A stretch of 64,000 bases of DNA, taken from positions 6,829-70,828 of IMG/VR virus record IMGVR_UViG_3300022173_000189, one strand, 5' to 3'. A program made the translations under genes and the position numbers. The notes under the pieces are model-generated. The model worked only from the letters and a program-made list of their open reading frames with translations. It searched no databases and was not told the origin of the DNA. Of this stretch, positions 35,284-43,154 are shown piece by piece (positions within the stretch are counted from its first letter, which is position 1; the number at the start of each line of letters is the position of its first letter). Origin of the DNA: a virus (lineage: Duplodnaviria > Caudoviricetes).

Positions 35284-36075
35284 GTGCCTATAAAGACAAA
35301 TCTCAAAGACCTGCAACCCCGCCGCGAGAAATACAAGCAGGTCATCACACTTCTTTCTCGTGGTTTCACCGATCCTAAAGCGTGGCCTGGCGGCAAGCTG
35401 ACAGTCTATCCTTGGGATTCTCAGGTCGATACCTGGCTCATGGAGGAATATCGGCGATCATCAGACAGCAAGGCTGGACTGCTCCACCGTGCCCTGACCA
35501 AAGTCTGCGACCTCAACGGAGGCTCCTCTGACAACTTTGTCGCGAGCGAAGTAGAAACTGTTCTGCTCGTCTCCCGTGCCATTCGTAACGCCAACGTCGT
35601 CGAATACACCAGCCCCTGCCCCGCCTGCCGTTGGGAGAACATCTCGACCATCAGCATCCCGGACGAACTCGAAAAGGTCGGCACCAAGTCCAGTGACTAT
35701 CCCGGTTACGACATCATCACCCTGCCTGACTCCAAAGATGAAGTCGCCATGCGGCCACTGCTCATCAAGGACGAGAAGTTCATCGAAACCCGCACCGTGG
35801 AAGACCGCGAAGCTGTTTCCGACGACGTTCTCTACACCATTCTGCCCATCATCACTGTTGGCGGCGGAAAGCCTGAAACCAAAGAGGAGATTGTTCAATG
35901 GTACCTCGCCCTGTCCCCTGACGACGCCAAATATCTGGAGGAACAGCAGAAGCAACTGACTCCCCACCTCAACACCCTCATCCCGCATGAATGCGACAAG
36001 TGCAAGCACCCCTACAAGCATAAGCTGAGCTTTGATCAGGAGTTTTTTCGTCCGAGAGGCGATGTCAGACAGTGA
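35284..36075 (+). CDS. Baseplate hub assembly protein (gp26-like)
   Basis: LLVSRAIR..EYTSPCPAC, VAMRPL, HECDKCKH..LSFDQEFFRP. Confidence 0.75.
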   Translation: MPIKTNLKDLQPRREKYKQVITLLSRGFTDPKAWPGGKLTVYPWDSQVDTWLMEEYRRSSDSKAGLLHRALTKVCDLNGGSSDNFVASEVETVLLVSRAIRNANVVEYTSPCPACRWENISTISIPDELEKVGTKSSDYPGYDIITLPDSKDEVAMRPLLIKDEKFIETRTVEDREAVSDDVLYTILPIITVGGGKPETKEEIVQWYLALSPDDAKYLEEQQKQLTPHLNTLIPHECDKCKHPYKHKLSFDQEFFRPRGDVRQ

Positions 36076-36214
36076 ACATCGTTGGAAACTCATATTCAAC
36101 CTGGCCTGGGATCAGACTGGTTTGACTATTGACCTCCAAAAATTGCCCGACGTGATACTTGAGAGATTCTTAACCTGGCGGAACGAGAAAGTTGAAGCAG
36201 AGAAGACCAAATGA
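36062..36214 (+). CDS. Small protein, possible gp51-like hub assembly partner
   Basis: 50 aa, directly after gp26-like gene. Confidence 0.45.
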   Translation: MSDSEHRWKLIFNLAWDQTGLTIDLQKLPDVILERFLTWRNEKVEAEKTK

Positions 36215-37041
36215 TAGACGGTATTTTCGATACACCGAGCATCTTTGCGCGTGCGTGGTACGCCGCGATGCGAGTAGAGCCTGACCCAGCGGCGGCGGTG
36301 GAAGCCGCCCTGGTGTCAGTCGCTGCGCTCATCTCACCCCAGAGCAGGCGCATCGAAGACAAGATGGACCGGCTGCTATTCTGCTGGGATGGAGAGAATG
36401 CGCGGGACAAGGGCCGGGCGGAGAAACCGGAGCACTTCAAGGCTTCGATGGTCGTGTTCCGTGAGATGCTCACGGAAATCTTCGGCGCAGTCCACGCAGA
36501 GCATCCTGATTTTGAAGCTGACGACGCCGTGGCCACAGCAGCCCGGCACAGCGACGCCGACGAGGTGTATGTCATCTCCGGCGACAAGGACTTGACCCAG
36601 CTCCAGGGCAGCAACATCCACTACTACTGCCTCAACACGAAGGCAGTCCTCTCCACGTCGTTCATCTGCCGCAAGTGGGGCGTGAAGCATCCCAGCCAGG
36701 TGGCCATCGCGCTTGCGATCATCGGGGACCGCGTGGATGGTATTCCTGGGATTCCAAAGTGGGGTCCGGTGAAAGCCAAGTCGTTGTTCAGTTCCGTGAA
36801 GCCTCACATGGACTTCATGCAGGCGTTCCGCGTGATCGAGGCCCAGGTGCCTGTGGAGCTTCGAGAAGCCTTCTACTCGTCGCTGGAGCTGACGCTCCTC
36901 GAACGAGACCTGCCTGGTCTGCCTCCCGCGTCTGAACTGACGCTCATGCCCATCAAAGAGGCCCGTAATCTGGAGATGCCGGACTTCTTCCAATTCTACG
37001 TTTCCGTCCACTCGCGCTACGCGCCTGTGGATGTCAATTAG
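36211..37041 (+). CDS. 5'-3' exonuclease / T4 RNase H-like (FEN family)
   Basis: FCWDG, FEADDAVA, SGDKDLTQL, IGDRVDGIPGIPKWGPVKA. Confidence 0.93.
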   Translation: MIDGIFDTPSIFARAWYAAMRVEPDPAAAVEAALVSVAALISPQSRRIEDKMDRLLFCWDGENARDKGRAEKPEHFKASMVVFREMLTEIFGAVHAEHPDFEADDAVATAARHSDADEVYVISGDKDLTQLQGSNIHYYCLNTKAVLSTSFICRKWGVKHPSQVAIALAIIGDRVDGIPGIPKWGPVKAKSLFSSVKPHMDFMQAFRVIEAQVPVELREAFYSSLELTLLERDLPGLPPASELTLMPIKEARNLEMPDFFQFYVSVHSRYAPVDVN

Positions 37042-37097
37042 TGCTGTCTTCAGTTTTCTCTTGTTTACAAACAACTGTATGGTTACTGTCCATACAA

Positions 37098-37307
37098 ATG
37101 GACACTCGCTTCATAAATGTGAACGCGCAGTCCAACGCGGTTCCTTGCCTCCCTTGTTGTGGCACTGGCCGGAACTTCAACGTGGATTGCGGATCAAATC
37201 ATGCCTGTGAACCCTGCAAGGGCCGTGGGTGGATGGTGAAGACCGTCATCTTCGCGCTGTCGCCTCCGCCACCGTCGTCGAACACGACGGTCGCCCATGC
37301 CGCGTAG
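37098..37307 (+). CDS. Small DnaJ-type Zn-finger protein
   Basis: CLPCCGTG and CEPCKGRG. Confidence 0.65.
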   Translation: MDTRFINVNAQSNAVPCLPCCGTGRNFNVDCGSNHACEPCKGRGWMVKTVIFALSPPPPSSNTTVAHAA

Positions 37308-37308
37308 T

Positions 37309-37471
37309 CCTTGGATGGTTCCTTGAGCGACGCCTGCGTGCCTAGCTGTTTAGACACGGCAGAGGGCAAGGCGCACCGAAGGCTCAGATACAGGCGTTGG
37401 GACGCTGGCGCAATGGCTGAGACGCAGTAGGGCGCGTATCATGCAGGCGTCGCTCAGGGAATCAGCCCAGG
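37309..37471 (+). ncRNA. Candidate structured non-coding RNA
   Basis: 24-bp stem 37317-37340/37440-37463 with three G-U pairs on the + strand, plus internal stems; fills the intergenic gap. Confidence 0.55.
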
Positions 37472-37481
37472 TAGTTAAGGC

Positions 37482-38045
37482 GTGAAGCTCAACCTCGTCG
37501 TGCTGTTGTTGGCCGCGACGGTCTGGGCTGGATGTCAACTGCCGCCAGCTAGTCCAGCCCGTCTGTCTCCGCCTGTTGTCTCTCCTGCGGTTGCACCTGT
37601 CGCGCCGACTCCCATTGTCGCGGCAGCGGCTGCTCCTGCCCCGGTGGCTCGCCGGGCGCGCACTGCGGCAGTCCTTCCGCCTGCTCCTGGCATTCGTGCC
37701 GCTGCGGCTCCAGAGGCGGTGTTCTCTGCCGCAGGCGGTCCTCTCTTCCCGACTGTGACCAACCGCTGGCACGCACTGACCAACCGCTACCCACGTCTTG
37801 GCACCAACAGTCCCACACTCTTTACCAAGCATCCGATTCAGATGCTCAGCGACGGCACCAACTGCGTCGTGGTCTGGTGGACCTCCTACACCAACTGGAC
37901 AGCCCAGTATTCCACGGACCTGATGACCTGGGCCACCATATCCAAAGGCACGACCCTGCTCACCAATGCCCCGGTCGTGGTCGTTGAATACGGATCTGGC
38001 CGCATCTTCGACAAGAAATTTTATCGCCTCATCCCCACCCCATGA
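37482..38045 (+). CDS. Putative lipoprotein with P/A-rich linker and C-terminal ..YSTDLxxW..FYRL domain
   Basis: Signal peptide with lipobox-like VWAGC; WTAQYSTDLMTW..KFYRL. Confidence 0.75.
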   Translation: MKLNLVVLLLAATVWAGCQLPPASPARLSPPVVSPAVAPVAPTPIVAAAAAPAPVARRARTAAVLPPAPGIRAAAAPEAVFSAAGGPLFPTVTNRWHALTNRYPRLGTNSPTLFTKHPIQMLSDGTNCVVVWWTSYTNWTAQYSTDLMTWATISKGTTLLTNAPVVVVEYGSGRIFDKKFYRLIPTP

Positions 38046-38413
38046 AAGCCGACGCCATTGTTAAAAGACTGGTCGAAGAAACGAACAACTACCGCACGCT
38101 GGTCGCCGTGGACGTGTACGGCCTGGACGAAGGCTGGCACGCAGAGGGCAAGGTCACGATCAACTGGTCGCTCGAAATGGATGCCCGTGCCTGGGGCATC
38201 AAGGAGATGACGCCCGTAATCCTCTCCATCGAAGGCAGCGCGGAGATGACGCTCATGGCTGACACCGAAGACCAGACCAGAGAGCTGCCGCTCACCTGGC
38301 GCGCAGGCGATCCTGCCTTCACGGTCGATACTGATTTCAAAGGTGGCACGAGCATCCTCCCGAAGACTGTGGAAGTGGACCTGAAGCGTAAGCGCATGAT
38401 TGTCCAGTTCTAG
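38042..38413 (+). CDS. Hypothetical protein with N-terminal AIVKRLVE motif
   Basis: 123 aa, ATGA-coupled. Confidence 0.75.
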   Translation: MKADAIVKRLVEETNNYRTLVAVDVYGLDEGWHAEGKVTINWSLEMDARAWGIKEMTPVILSIEGSAEMTLMADTEDQTRELPLTWRAGDPAFTVDTDFKGGTSILPKTVEVDLKRKRMIVQF

Positions 38414-38418
38414 GGAGC

Positions 38419-38763
38419 ATGTACGAGCTTCGTGGTCCATGCAGTGAGCGTCGGCTTCGGCACGATGTAGAGCACTCAATCGAGTCGCTCCGTCTGTTTG
38501 CCAAGAAAAACGGCTTGAAACTCGTCAATGGTTATGGAAACTCCCGTGTTAATGACCAGACCAGACGTGTCAAGATGTACCAGGGCACCAAGCTGGTCGC
38601 CAGGTTTGAACTCAAGGAAGCTCCCCGCCGCGAACAGAATCCCGTGGTGGATGATGGTGGCGGCAATGTTGATGACGGCTCCCGCAGCGATACGCGCACA
38701 GTCGTACGAAGAGAAAGCCGTGGCAGCCGTCCTGATGGCGGAAGCATGGAACCAAGGCTCTAA
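38419..38763 (+). CDS. Hypothetical protein
   Basis: 114 aa; 3' end overlaps hydrolase gene in another frame. Confidence 0.5.
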   Translation: MYELRGPCSERRLRHDVEHSIESLRLFAKKNGLKLVNGYGNSRVNDQTRRVKMYQGTKLVARFELKEAPRREQNPVVDDGGGNVDDGSRSDTRTVVRRESRGSRPDGGSMEPRL

Positions 38764-39088
38764 AGGAATGCTGGGCGTGGGCGAGGTCATCGCCACCCGC
38801 GCCCATGACAACCGTCAGACGCCGTGGGGCGTCATTACTGCCGAAGGAGCCTTCTCCTGCCTGCGCCGCCGCTCCATCGACCAGTGGATTCGCCACTTCC
38901 AGACCACCAAGGACTGGCCATCGGTCCTGGCCATCGCCCAGCGCGTCGTGCAAAAGCCCGGCAGCCTTCCCGGATTGACCAAAGGAGCCAACCACTTTAC
39001 CCGCCGCGAGGAGAAGCCTCGCTGGGCCAGGGGCCATCGCCCCGTGCTCGTCCTCAAAGACCACGCCTTCTACAAGCTGCCAACTTAG
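38651..39088 (+). CDS. Cell-wall hydrolase (SleB/Hydrolase_2-like) with signal peptide
   Basis: VLMAEAWNQG..GVGEVIATR, GAFSC, TKGANHF..PRWA..KDHAFY; hydrophobic N-terminus with AIRA|Q. Confidence 0.88.
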   Translation: MMVAAMLMTAPAAIRAQSYEEKAVAAVLMAEAWNQGSKGMLGVGEVIATRAHDNRQTPWGVITAEGAFSCLRRRSIDQWIRHFQTTKDWPSVLAIAQRVVQKPGSLPGLTKGANHFTRREEKPRWARGHRPVLVLKDHAFYKLPT

Positions 39089-39096
39089 TTGTCTCT

Positions 39097-39136
39097 TAGA
39101 CAATATAGTTGACTTCAATAGTTCCTGTTATACATT
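39097..39136 (+). promoter_or_regulatory. Sigma70-like early promoter with conserved 17-mer
   Basis: TAGACAATATAGTTGACT-N16-TACATT. Confidence 0.7.
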
Positions 39137-39141
39137 GCCGG

Positions 39142-39732
39142 ATGACAGTAGTCGAACATCCGGCGTCAGTACGCATCTCAATCTGCAATGGCCTCAGCTT
39201 TCCCATGTTTCCCATGCGACCGACTGAGGGCCGGATGCTTCGTGCCCGCAACCAGGTGACCCAGTTGCTGCGCGAGGTCGCCAAGTTTAGCTGGGTCATG
39301 CAACCAAAGCTGGTGGGCGACCGGGCCTGCCTGGCCGTGGTCAACCGCAGGGTCTATGTGCAGACCCGCCACGGCGGATGGTACAAGCACCCCATCACCA
39401 ACCGGCACGATTTTGTCAGCCTGGAAGACCACACGGCCCTGGATGGCGTCATCTTCGAGAAACACTTTTATCCGTTCGAGGCGCTGGCGGTTGAAGGCCA
39501 CTCGTTCCTGGAGTCCACGACTCTGGAGCGAGTGGCTGCCGCCCGCAATCTGTCGAACGTGCTCGGACATGAATGGATGTTCGAGACGCCGAACGAAGAG
39601 TGGCTCATGGACCTGTCGGCCAACTCGCCCAAGTGGGCCGGTGTGGTTCTCAAGCGGGCGGATGCGCCTTACGTCATCCAGGCTGACTCACGAACGGCGA
39701 GCCTGACCTGGATCAAGAAGCGTTGGATTTAA
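39142..39732 (+). CDS. Stand-alone ATP-dependent ligase-like nucleotidyltransferase domain (degenerate motifs)
   Basis: QPKLVGDR, LDGV, FYPFEAL, AGVVLKR..PY, WIKKRW; no OB domain. Confidence 0.75.
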   Translation: MTVVEHPASVRISICNGLSFPMFPMRPTEGRMLRARNQVTQLLREVAKFSWVMQPKLVGDRACLAVVNRRVYVQTRHGGWYKHPITNRHDFVSLEDHTALDGVIFEKHFYPFEALAVEGHSFLESTTLERVAAARNLSNVLGHEWMFETPNEEWLMDLSANSPKWAGVVLKRADAPYVIQADSRTASLTWIKKRWI

Positions 39733-39736
39733 GACT

Positions 39737-40033
39737 ATGAGCAAAGCAGCAATCGGAGCACGAGTGGCCTACTGTGGCCACAACGGGTGGTTCGTGGCGG
39801 ACATCCACCTGATCAATGGTGTGAACGTCGTCAAGGCCAACGGACCAGTCAATGGCGGCAACCTGGAGCGTGACATGGACGAGGTGACCCACCATCTCAG
39901 CGACATGCCACGGGCCGGTTATTGGAACCCGAACATCGGCGTCTTCGTCGTGCCTGCATCCCAGGTCACACTGATTACCGAGCGTCCGATCAAGCCAGCA
40001 ACCCGCAAGCTGAAGGGAAGCAAAAAGTCGTGA
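39737..40033 (+). CDS. Hypothetical protein
   Basis: 98-aa ORF. Confidence 0.65.
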   Translation: MSKAAIGARVAYCGHNGWFVADIHLINGVNVVKANGPVNGGNLERDMDEVTHHLSDMPRAGYWNPNIGVFVVPASQVTLITERPIKPATRKLKGSKKS

Positions 40034-40449
40034 GCGTCACCATGTACCCGTTGCCCGTTGAATCCAGCGTGGCGGGCGGATGTTCCTCGTGCAGCTCTCG
40101 TGACCCGGTGTGGCAGATTTATTTCGGCACCTTGCAGGTGAGGGTCTGCATCGAATGCCGGACAGCCCTAGCAACGCTTCTCAAAGTGAAGCCGGTGAAG
40201 ATCACACCTGTGACGCTGGACTTCAAGGAGGTCAAGGTTCCTACGGACCCGCCGCTATCGGCGTTCTCACTGCGCGGGACGAGCGACTCGCAGGTGTGGT
40301 TCGCCTCGTTCCGCGATGAACACGAGATAAGCCAGTTCCTGGACGGCTTTCGATTCGCGTCTCACATGCTCTACAATGACATCGCGCCCAATGTTAAATT
40401 TGCACCGGACAGCTTTGTGAAAAAGCTGCGAATAACTTCCAAGGGCTGA
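40030..40449 (+). CDS. Hypothetical Zn-finger protein
   Basis: CSSC..CIEC; GTGA-coupled. Confidence 0.6.
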   Translation: MSVTMYPLPVESSVAGGCSSCSSRDPVWQIYFGTLQVRVCIECRTALATLLKVKPVKITPVTLDFKEVKVPTDPPLSAFSLRGTSDSQVWFASFRDEHEISQFLDGFRFASHMLYNDIAPNVKFAPDSFVKKLRITSKG

Positions 40450-40499
40450 TTGAACTAAACACTTGACGGCAGTATGTGGTTGTTGACAACATGGCGCAC

Positions 40500-41312
40500 A
40501 TGTCGAAGAACACGCACCTACTAACCATCGATCCACAGTTCGATTTCTGTAACCCCAAGGGCACGCTTTTTGTGCCCGGCGCTGACAAGGATTCTGAACG
40601 GCTCGCCAAGTTCATCAACGACCGTGGCGACCGCTTCGCGGACATCCACACGACCGTGGACTCCCACCAGATCATCCACATCGCGCACCCCATCTTCTGG
40701 AAAGACCCCAAAGGCAATCACCCGAAGCCGTTCACTCAGATCACGGCGGACGACGTTGCCAACGGCAGGTGGAACACGACCAACCCGGCCTGGCAGTCGC
40801 GTGGCCTGGCCTACGTGCGGCAGTTGGAGTTGGACACCCCTGACCATCCGGCGCGCTACAAGCTCTTCATCTGGCCCCCGCACTGCCTGATTGGCACTGT
40901 AGGCCATGCGCTCGTGCCTGCGGTCAGCGATGCGCTCATCGCATGGGAGACACGCAACTTCGGACAGGTGAACTTTGTGGCCAAGGGCAGCAACCTCTTC
41001 ACCGAGCACTACTCTGCCGTCCAGGCCGACGTGCCGGACGACAAAGACCCGTCCACGCGCCTCAACACAGACCTCATCACTCTCTTGAGCCAGGTCGATG
41101 AGATCCTCATCACCGGCCAGGCGCTCAGCCACTGCGTCGCCAACACCATCCGCGACATTGCCGCGAACTTTGGCGATGACAACGTGAAGAAATTTACCCT
41201 GATTCGTGACACCACGAGCAGCGTGCCCACACTGGAGTTTCTCGGCGATGCGTTCATCGCGGACATGACTGCAAAGGGCATGAAAGTAACCACCACCAAC
41301 GACTGGAACTGA
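40500..41312 (+). CDS. pncA: Nicotinamidase/isochorismatase-family cysteine hydrolase
   Basis: IDPQFDF, DSH..H, WPPHC, KGSN, SHCV catalytic and metal-binding residues. Confidence 0.88.
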   Translation: MSKNTHLLTIDPQFDFCNPKGTLFVPGADKDSERLAKFINDRGDRFADIHTTVDSHQIIHIAHPIFWKDPKGNHPKPFTQITADDVANGRWNTTNPAWQSRGLAYVRQLELDTPDHPARYKLFIWPPHCLIGTVGHALVPAVSDALIAWETRNFGQVNFVAKGSNLFTEHYSAVQADVPDDKDPSTRLNTDLITLLSQVDEILITGQALSHCVANTIRDIAANFGDDNVKKFTLIRDTTSSVPTLEFLGDAFIADMTAKGMKVTTTNDWN

Positions 41313-41317
41313 TACCT

Positions 41318-42058
41318 ATGGCCCGTTTACTAGACACCAACCTCGAAGACCTGAATGCCGCTTCTGGCTACAAGTTCAGCGGCACAAAGATTGAGAAGCT
41401 AGGTGCCTCAAAATACACCCTCGTCAGCATCGTGTGCGATGTCTCCGGCAGCGTCGAGAAGTTCATCCGGCAGATAGAGATGATGCTCGGCACCATTGTG
41501 AAGAGCTGCGATAAGTCTGCCTTCCGCGACAACCTGATGGTTCGATTGACCACCTTCGACAGCAACCTGAATGAAGTTCACGGATTTAAGCTGCTCTCCA
41601 CCATCAAGCCGACTGACTACGAAAATTCGCTGGTGTCCGGTGGCAGCACGGCGCTGTTCAACGCAGCACATGAGGCGGTGTCCGTCATGGCTGATTACGG
41701 CAAGACGCTGACTTCCCAGGACTTCCTGGCCAACGGCATCGTGTTTGTCCTCACTGACGGGCAGGATAACATTGGCGGGTGCCGTCCGTCCGATGTGGCC
41801 ATGTCTGTAAAGAATGCGAAGTCGGCTGAAAACCTGGAGTCTATCCGCACCATTCTGATTGGCGTGACCGGCGATGATACGGATCTCGACTCCTACCTGC
41901 GACGGTTCAACGACGAAGCAGGCATGGACCAGTACATCGGCATCGGCGTCGCTACTCCAGGAAAGCTTGGCAAGCTCGCGGAGTTCGTCAGCCAGAGCGT
42001 GTCCAGCACGTCGCAGGCACTTGGGACTGGTGGTCCTAGCCAGCCTCTAACATTCTGA
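41318..42058 (+). CDS. vWA-domain protein (TerY-like)
   Basis: MIDAS DVSGS, GGSTALF, LTDGQDN. Confidence 0.92.
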   Translation: MARLLDTNLEDLNAASGYKFSGTKIEKLGASKYTLVSIVCDVSGSVEKFIRQIEMMLGTIVKSCDKSAFRDNLMVRLTTFDSNLNEVHGFKLLSTIKPTDYENSLVSGGSTALFNAAHEAVSVMADYGKTLTSQDFLANGIVFVLTDGQDNIGGCRPSDVAMSVKNAKSAENLESIRTILIGVTGDDTDLDSYLRRFNDEAGMDQYIGIGVATPGKLGKLAEFVSQSVSSTSQALGTGGPSQPLTF

Positions 42059-42062
42059 TTTT

Positions 42063-42150
42063 GCGGTGGGCCTCACCGGAGAGTAGGCCAGAGAAACCGC
42101 TGCGCGGGTAGGCCAGGAGAGAAAACCTGTTCGCCCGCGCATTTTCTTTT
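42063..42150 (+). terminator. Tandem hairpins ending in U-rich tract (attenuator/terminator-like)
   Basis: GCGGT/ACCGC and GGCCT/AGGCC stems; TGCGCGGG/CCCGCGCA stem followed by TTTTCTTTT. Confidence 0.5.
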
Positions 42151-42315
42151 ATGAGCAACGAAAGAGCCACGCCCCGGCAGGTCGCCTACATGCAGGAGCG
42201 CGGCATAGATCATCCTCCGAACGTGACGAAGGCTGAAGCGACCGAAATCATCACGGAATATCAGGCGCGTCACAGTTCTGAGGGCGAACGACATTTGATG
42301 GATTTGGAAGATTGA
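42151..42315 (+). CDS. Small protein with ATPRQ..TKxEA..II motif (54 aa, not in ORF track)
   Basis: MSNERATPRQVAYMQERGIDHPPNVTKAEATEIITEY. Confidence 0.65.
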   Translation: MSNERATPRQVAYMQERGIDHPPNVTKAEATEIITEYQARHSSEGERHLMDLED

Positions 42316-42317
42316 CC

Positions 42318-43154
42318 ATGAATACTGACCACTGTTTCCGCATTGGCTCCACGCACGCCGTCTGCCAGGACTACGCCATCTCCGGCATCATTAGGTTGAA
42401 GACTGTCCCCGGAGCCACGGAAGACATCGGTTACGCCATCGTCAGCGACGGCTGTTCCGGTGCCGCGTTTACGGACATCGGGTCCAGGTGCCTGACGCAC
42501 GCCGCCCGTCACATGCTGATGGTGGCTCCGAGCGCGGTCTTCAACCTTGATGCTGAAACCATCGGTCGCGTGATCATCGACAAGGCTGCCAGTGCTGTGG
42601 ACCGGCTTGGGCTGACTCGTGGCTGCCTGCAAGCCACGCTGCTGATGGCGGTGGTGCGAGGCTCGAAAGCCCGCGTGCTGATGTTCGGTGACGGTGGCAT
42701 TGTCAGGCAAACTCATGGCTGCCGAGAAGTTCAATGCGTCAGCTACGATGCGTCCAAGCCAGGGGTCCAAGCCAATGCGCCTTACTACCTGGCCCACCGC
42801 CTGTCGGTGCAGGACACCACGGACTACTTCTCAGAGTTTTCGCAGTTCAGGCGGACCACCATCATCGACTCATCCGGTAGCCGGACACAGGACGAGGATG
42901 CAGGCGCAGTGACGGACCTGAAGTTCGACGTGGTGGAGGGCGACCAGATTGTCCTGCTCTCGGACGGCATCGATCAGTTTTACGACGGCAAGTTTGAGAA
43001 CATCCACTGGTCGATTGAGGCCGATGCGTTGACGAAGTTCAAGAGCACGCACGGAGAGTTCGTGACCCGGCGCGTGCAGGCCCACGAGCGCGTCTGCCGC
43101 GAGAACCAGGTTTCCCACCACGACGACCTCAGTGTCGCCGCCATCATCGTATGA
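42318..43154 (+). CDS. PP2C-family protein phosphatase
   Basis: CQDY, VSDGCSG, LLSDGI, HDDLS. Confidence 0.9.
   Translation: MNTDHCFRIGSTHAVCQDYAISGIIRLKTVPGATEDIGYAIVSDGCSGAAFTDIGSRCLTHAARHMLMVAPSAVFNLDAETIGRVIIDKAASAVDRLGLTRGCLQATLLMAVVRGSKARVLMFGDGGIVRQTHGCREVQCVSYDASKPGVQANAPYYLAHRLSVQDTTDYFSEFSQFRRTTIIDSSGSRTQDEDAGAVTDLKFDVVEGDQIVLLSDGIDQFYDGKFENIHWSIEADALTKFKSTHGEFVTRRVQAHERVCRENQVSHHDDLSVAAIIV

Noticed and set aside
37341-37400. Glycine riboswitch or tRNA identity for the intergenic structure (CACCGAAGG, GCAA)
   Set aside because: Lacks the full aptamer consensus, T-loop and CCA; kept as an unassigned ncRNA candidate
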